Shown: one piece after another, positions 61,968-64,000 of the stretch
Layout of the letters: each line of letters begins with the position of its first letter
Position numbering within the stretch: position 1 is the stretch's first letter
Assembly (NCBI GenBank): GCA_965261975.1
Contig: CBDHEC010000056.1
Location: forward strand, 32,001-96,000
Length of the DNA: 64,000 nucleotides
Source: Alphaproteobacteria bacterium
GTDB lineage: Bacteria; Pseudomonadota; Alphaproteobacteria; UBA6615
Reading direction: 5' to 3'
Translations under genes and position numbers: made by a program
The notes under the pieces: generated by a model
Databases searched by the model: none
What the model was told of the DNA's origin: nothing
The model's input: only the letters and a program-made list of their open reading frames with translations

Positions 61968-62041
61968 CTGGACCCATGATCAGGGGCAGGCCAATGTAGT
62001 CGAAGCTGTCGGTCACGAGATGGTCCGGATCGCGGGAATGG

Positions 62042-62656
62042 TCAGGCCGCCGCTGCGTAGGCCGCCTGGAGCGCCGGGCGGGCCTTCAGGCACTCGATAT
62101 AGGCCGCCACGTTCGGCTTGTCGGAGATATCGGCGCCCAGGCGGGCGGCCACGATGGTGGCATGGCCGGACATGATGTCGGCGCCCGAGAAGTCCCCGGC
62201 CAGATAGTCCCGGTCCGCGAGCCGTTGCTCGACGGCGCCCAGCATCCGGGTCAGGAGCTTGGTCGCCCGGTCGATATTGACCTGGTTGCGCCGCGCCTCG
62301 GACAGGAAGAATTTCTCCACCACAATCGTGTTCACCGGCGGCATCAACATCCCCTCGGCATAATGCAGCCACTGGAGGTACTCGGCGAAATCCGGCGAGG
62401 CCTGGTCGGGCACCAGCGCGCCGTTGCCGTATCTGGCCAGCACATACTCGACGATAGCGCCGGATTCGAAGATTGTCACCTCGCCATCGTCAAGCGCCGG
62501 CACCCGGCCCATGGGGTGGACCTTGAGATAGTCGTCGGCGCGCATGTCCGAGCTGCCGAGCTTGAAGGTCTCCAGCTCGTAGGGCAGGCCCAGCTCCTCG
62601 AACAGCCAGATGATCCGGGTCGAGCGGGTCTCTGGTGCGTGATAGATCTTCATCAT
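62042..62656 (-). CDS. Glutathione S-transferase family protein
   Basis: RSTRIIWLFEELGLPY; HPMGRVPAL; FESGAI; FSGADIM. Confidence 0.92.
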   Translation of the reverse strand: MMKIYHAPETRSTRIIWLFEELGLPYELETFKLGSSDMRADDYLKVHPMGRVPALDDGEVTIFESGAIVEYVLARYGNGALVPDQASPDFAEYLQWLHYAEGMLMPPVNTIVVEKFFLSEARRNQVNIDRATKLLTRMLGAVEQRLADRDYLAGDFSGADIMSGHATIVAARLGADISDKPNVAAYIECLKARPALQAAYAAAA

Positions 62657-62669
62657 GGCGCGCGCGTCT

Positions 62670-62987
62670 TCACACCACGTCGAAGATGGCGCGGGTCAGG
62701 GTCTCGCGATTGATCATCGCCATGTATTCCTTCACCACGTCGGGGATCGTGTCGATGTTGCTGATCGAATTGCGCGCATCCTCGGCAGTCTTCCAGGTGA
62801 CGATGATGGCCCACACGTCGTCCTCGTCGCGGCCGATCTCGCGGTGCAGGAAACCGGGCTGGGCGCTGGTGAATTCCGCGCCCACCTGTCGACAGAGCGC
62901 GAGATAAGCATCGGGGTCGGCCCCATCATTGAGCTTGTAGTTCACGATCTCGACGGCGTAGGGCGGGGTCAGCTGGGGCGTGGGCAT
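62670..62987 (-). CDS. Antibiotic biosynthesis monooxygenase-like dimeric alpha/beta-barrel protein
   Basis: AQPGFLHRE…W.IIVTWKT.EDA pattern; GGAGA RBS. Confidence 0.65.
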   Translation of the reverse strand: MPTPQLTPPYAVEIVNYKLNDGADPDAYLALCRQVGAEFTSAQPGFLHREIGRDEDDVWAIIVTWKTAEDARNSISNIDTIPDVVKEYMAMINRETLTRAIFDVV

Positions 62988-63136
62988 GGCGGGTCTCTCC
63001 TGTTCATGTTGCCCCTTTGTACGAACCGGGGATCGGGCGTGCAAATCCGATGTGATCCGTTCATGCGCATTGAGAAGAACGGGGAATGCTGTTCCGGCAT
63101 GGGCTAATGTGTCCGGCAAATAGGAGGACACCGAAA

Positions 63137-63934
63137 ATGCCCAAACTCGTCGATCTCACCCGCCCCATCGATTCCCGAAACCGCGAACTCGTCAGCCCCG
63201 CCATGCAGGGCCTGGCGAACATCTTCGGCCCCGACATCAAATATCTCCGCCCCGAGGAACTCGGGCGCGACCGGATGACGGAGTTCTTCGGCTGCGGCGC
63301 CGAGCACCTGCCCGACGGTGAGGGCTGGGGCGAGGAAGTCCTGAATGACATGAACACCCACTGCTCGACCCATGTGGACGCGCCCTATCACAGCGGCAAC
63401 ACCATCGAGGGCAAGCCGGCGCGCAAGATTCACGAGATCGACGTGCAGGAGCTGTTCTGCCCCGGCATGGTGCTCGACATGCGCCCCTACGCCAAGCCGG
63501 ACACCGCATTTTCCATCGAGGATCTGCAGGCGGCGATCGATGCCGTCGGCCGGCCGATCGAGGAGGGTGACGCGGTGATGTTGCGCACGGGCCAGGAACG
63601 CTATGGCATGAAGGACCCCGAATTCTGGACCTATCCGGGCATGACCCGCGACGGCACCGTGTTCCTGACCGGGCAGGGCGCAAGGGTGCTGGGCACGGAC
63701 GCGGTCGGCTGGGACCGGCCGTTCCCCGTGATGAAGAAGGCGTTCGAGGAGACCGGCGACAAGAGCGAAATCTGGGACGGGCATTTCGCCGTGCGAGAGC
63801 GCGAGGCCTTCATCGTCCAGCAGCTCGACAATCTGGCCGCCCTGCCGCCGACGGGATACATGGTCGCCTTCTTCCCGATCCGGCTGGTCGGCACCAGTGC
63901 GGCCCCGGCGCGGGTCGTGGCGTTCCTGGATTAG
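63137..63934 (+). CDS. Cyclase/kynurenine formamidase family metallo-hydrolase
   Basis: LVDLT; HCSTHVDAPYH; MLRTG; LGTD; AAPARVVA; AGGAGG RBS. Confidence 0.88.
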   Translation: MPKLVDLTRPIDSRNRELVSPAMQGLANIFGPDIKYLRPEELGRDRMTEFFGCGAEHLPDGEGWGEEVLNDMNTHCSTHVDAPYHSGNTIEGKPARKIHEIDVQELFCPGMVLDMRPYAKPDTAFSIEDLQAAIDAVGRPIEEGDAVMLRTGQERYGMKDPEFWTYPGMTRDGTVFLTGQGARVLGTDAVGWDRPFPVMKKAFEETGDKSEIWDGHFAVREREAFIVQQLDNLAALPPTGYMVAFFPIRLVGTSAAPARVVAFLD

Positions 63935-64000
63935 GCGGCAGGAGCCACACGCCATACGTGCAACGAATGTCTAATAGACCGGCGCGGGGCATTCGGGTTG

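Larger units (their letters stand above)
60742..61993 (+). mobile_element. IS3-family insertion sequence (about 1.25 kb)
   Basis: Left end TGACCTGCTCCCCTGAATTCGGTCCAG; right end reverse-complemented TGGCCTGCCCCTGATCATGGGTCCAG; TG…CA termini; orfA/orfB. Confidence 0.92.

Overview
High-GC alphaproteobacterial chromosome, probably Rhodospirillales-like (judged from gene order). Most of the window is conserved housekeeping synteny: polA; chvI-chvG … hprK-rapZ-EIIA-NPr; two tandem porins; ahcY-divL-tsaE-addB-addA-trxA; the minus-strand run aroA-cmk-rpsA-sppA-ihfB-lapA-OCD-AGE-pyrF-trpFBA-accD-folC; TIGR02300; tRNA-Ala(GGC). Four accessory blocks interrupt it. (1) A 5'-truncated acyl-transfer operon (SDR, MBL hydrolase, FabH-like, acyl-adenylating ligase, GNAT-like) at 5.3-10.1 kb. 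(2) A redox, metal and signalling block at 10.3-17 kb with DnaA boxes, a PleC/DivJ-like kinase and a Fur-like box. (3) A ~6.4 kb convergent catabolic cluster inserted between chvG and hprK, with a perfect palindromic operator and a HutC-type GntR. (4) A tRNA-Ala-anchored defence-island remnant: an AIPR-like gene and a PLD-domain gene cut by an IS3 element that lacks a target duplication. Several junctions look like deletions or possible misassembly. All calls come from motif recognition by eye; no database searches were run.
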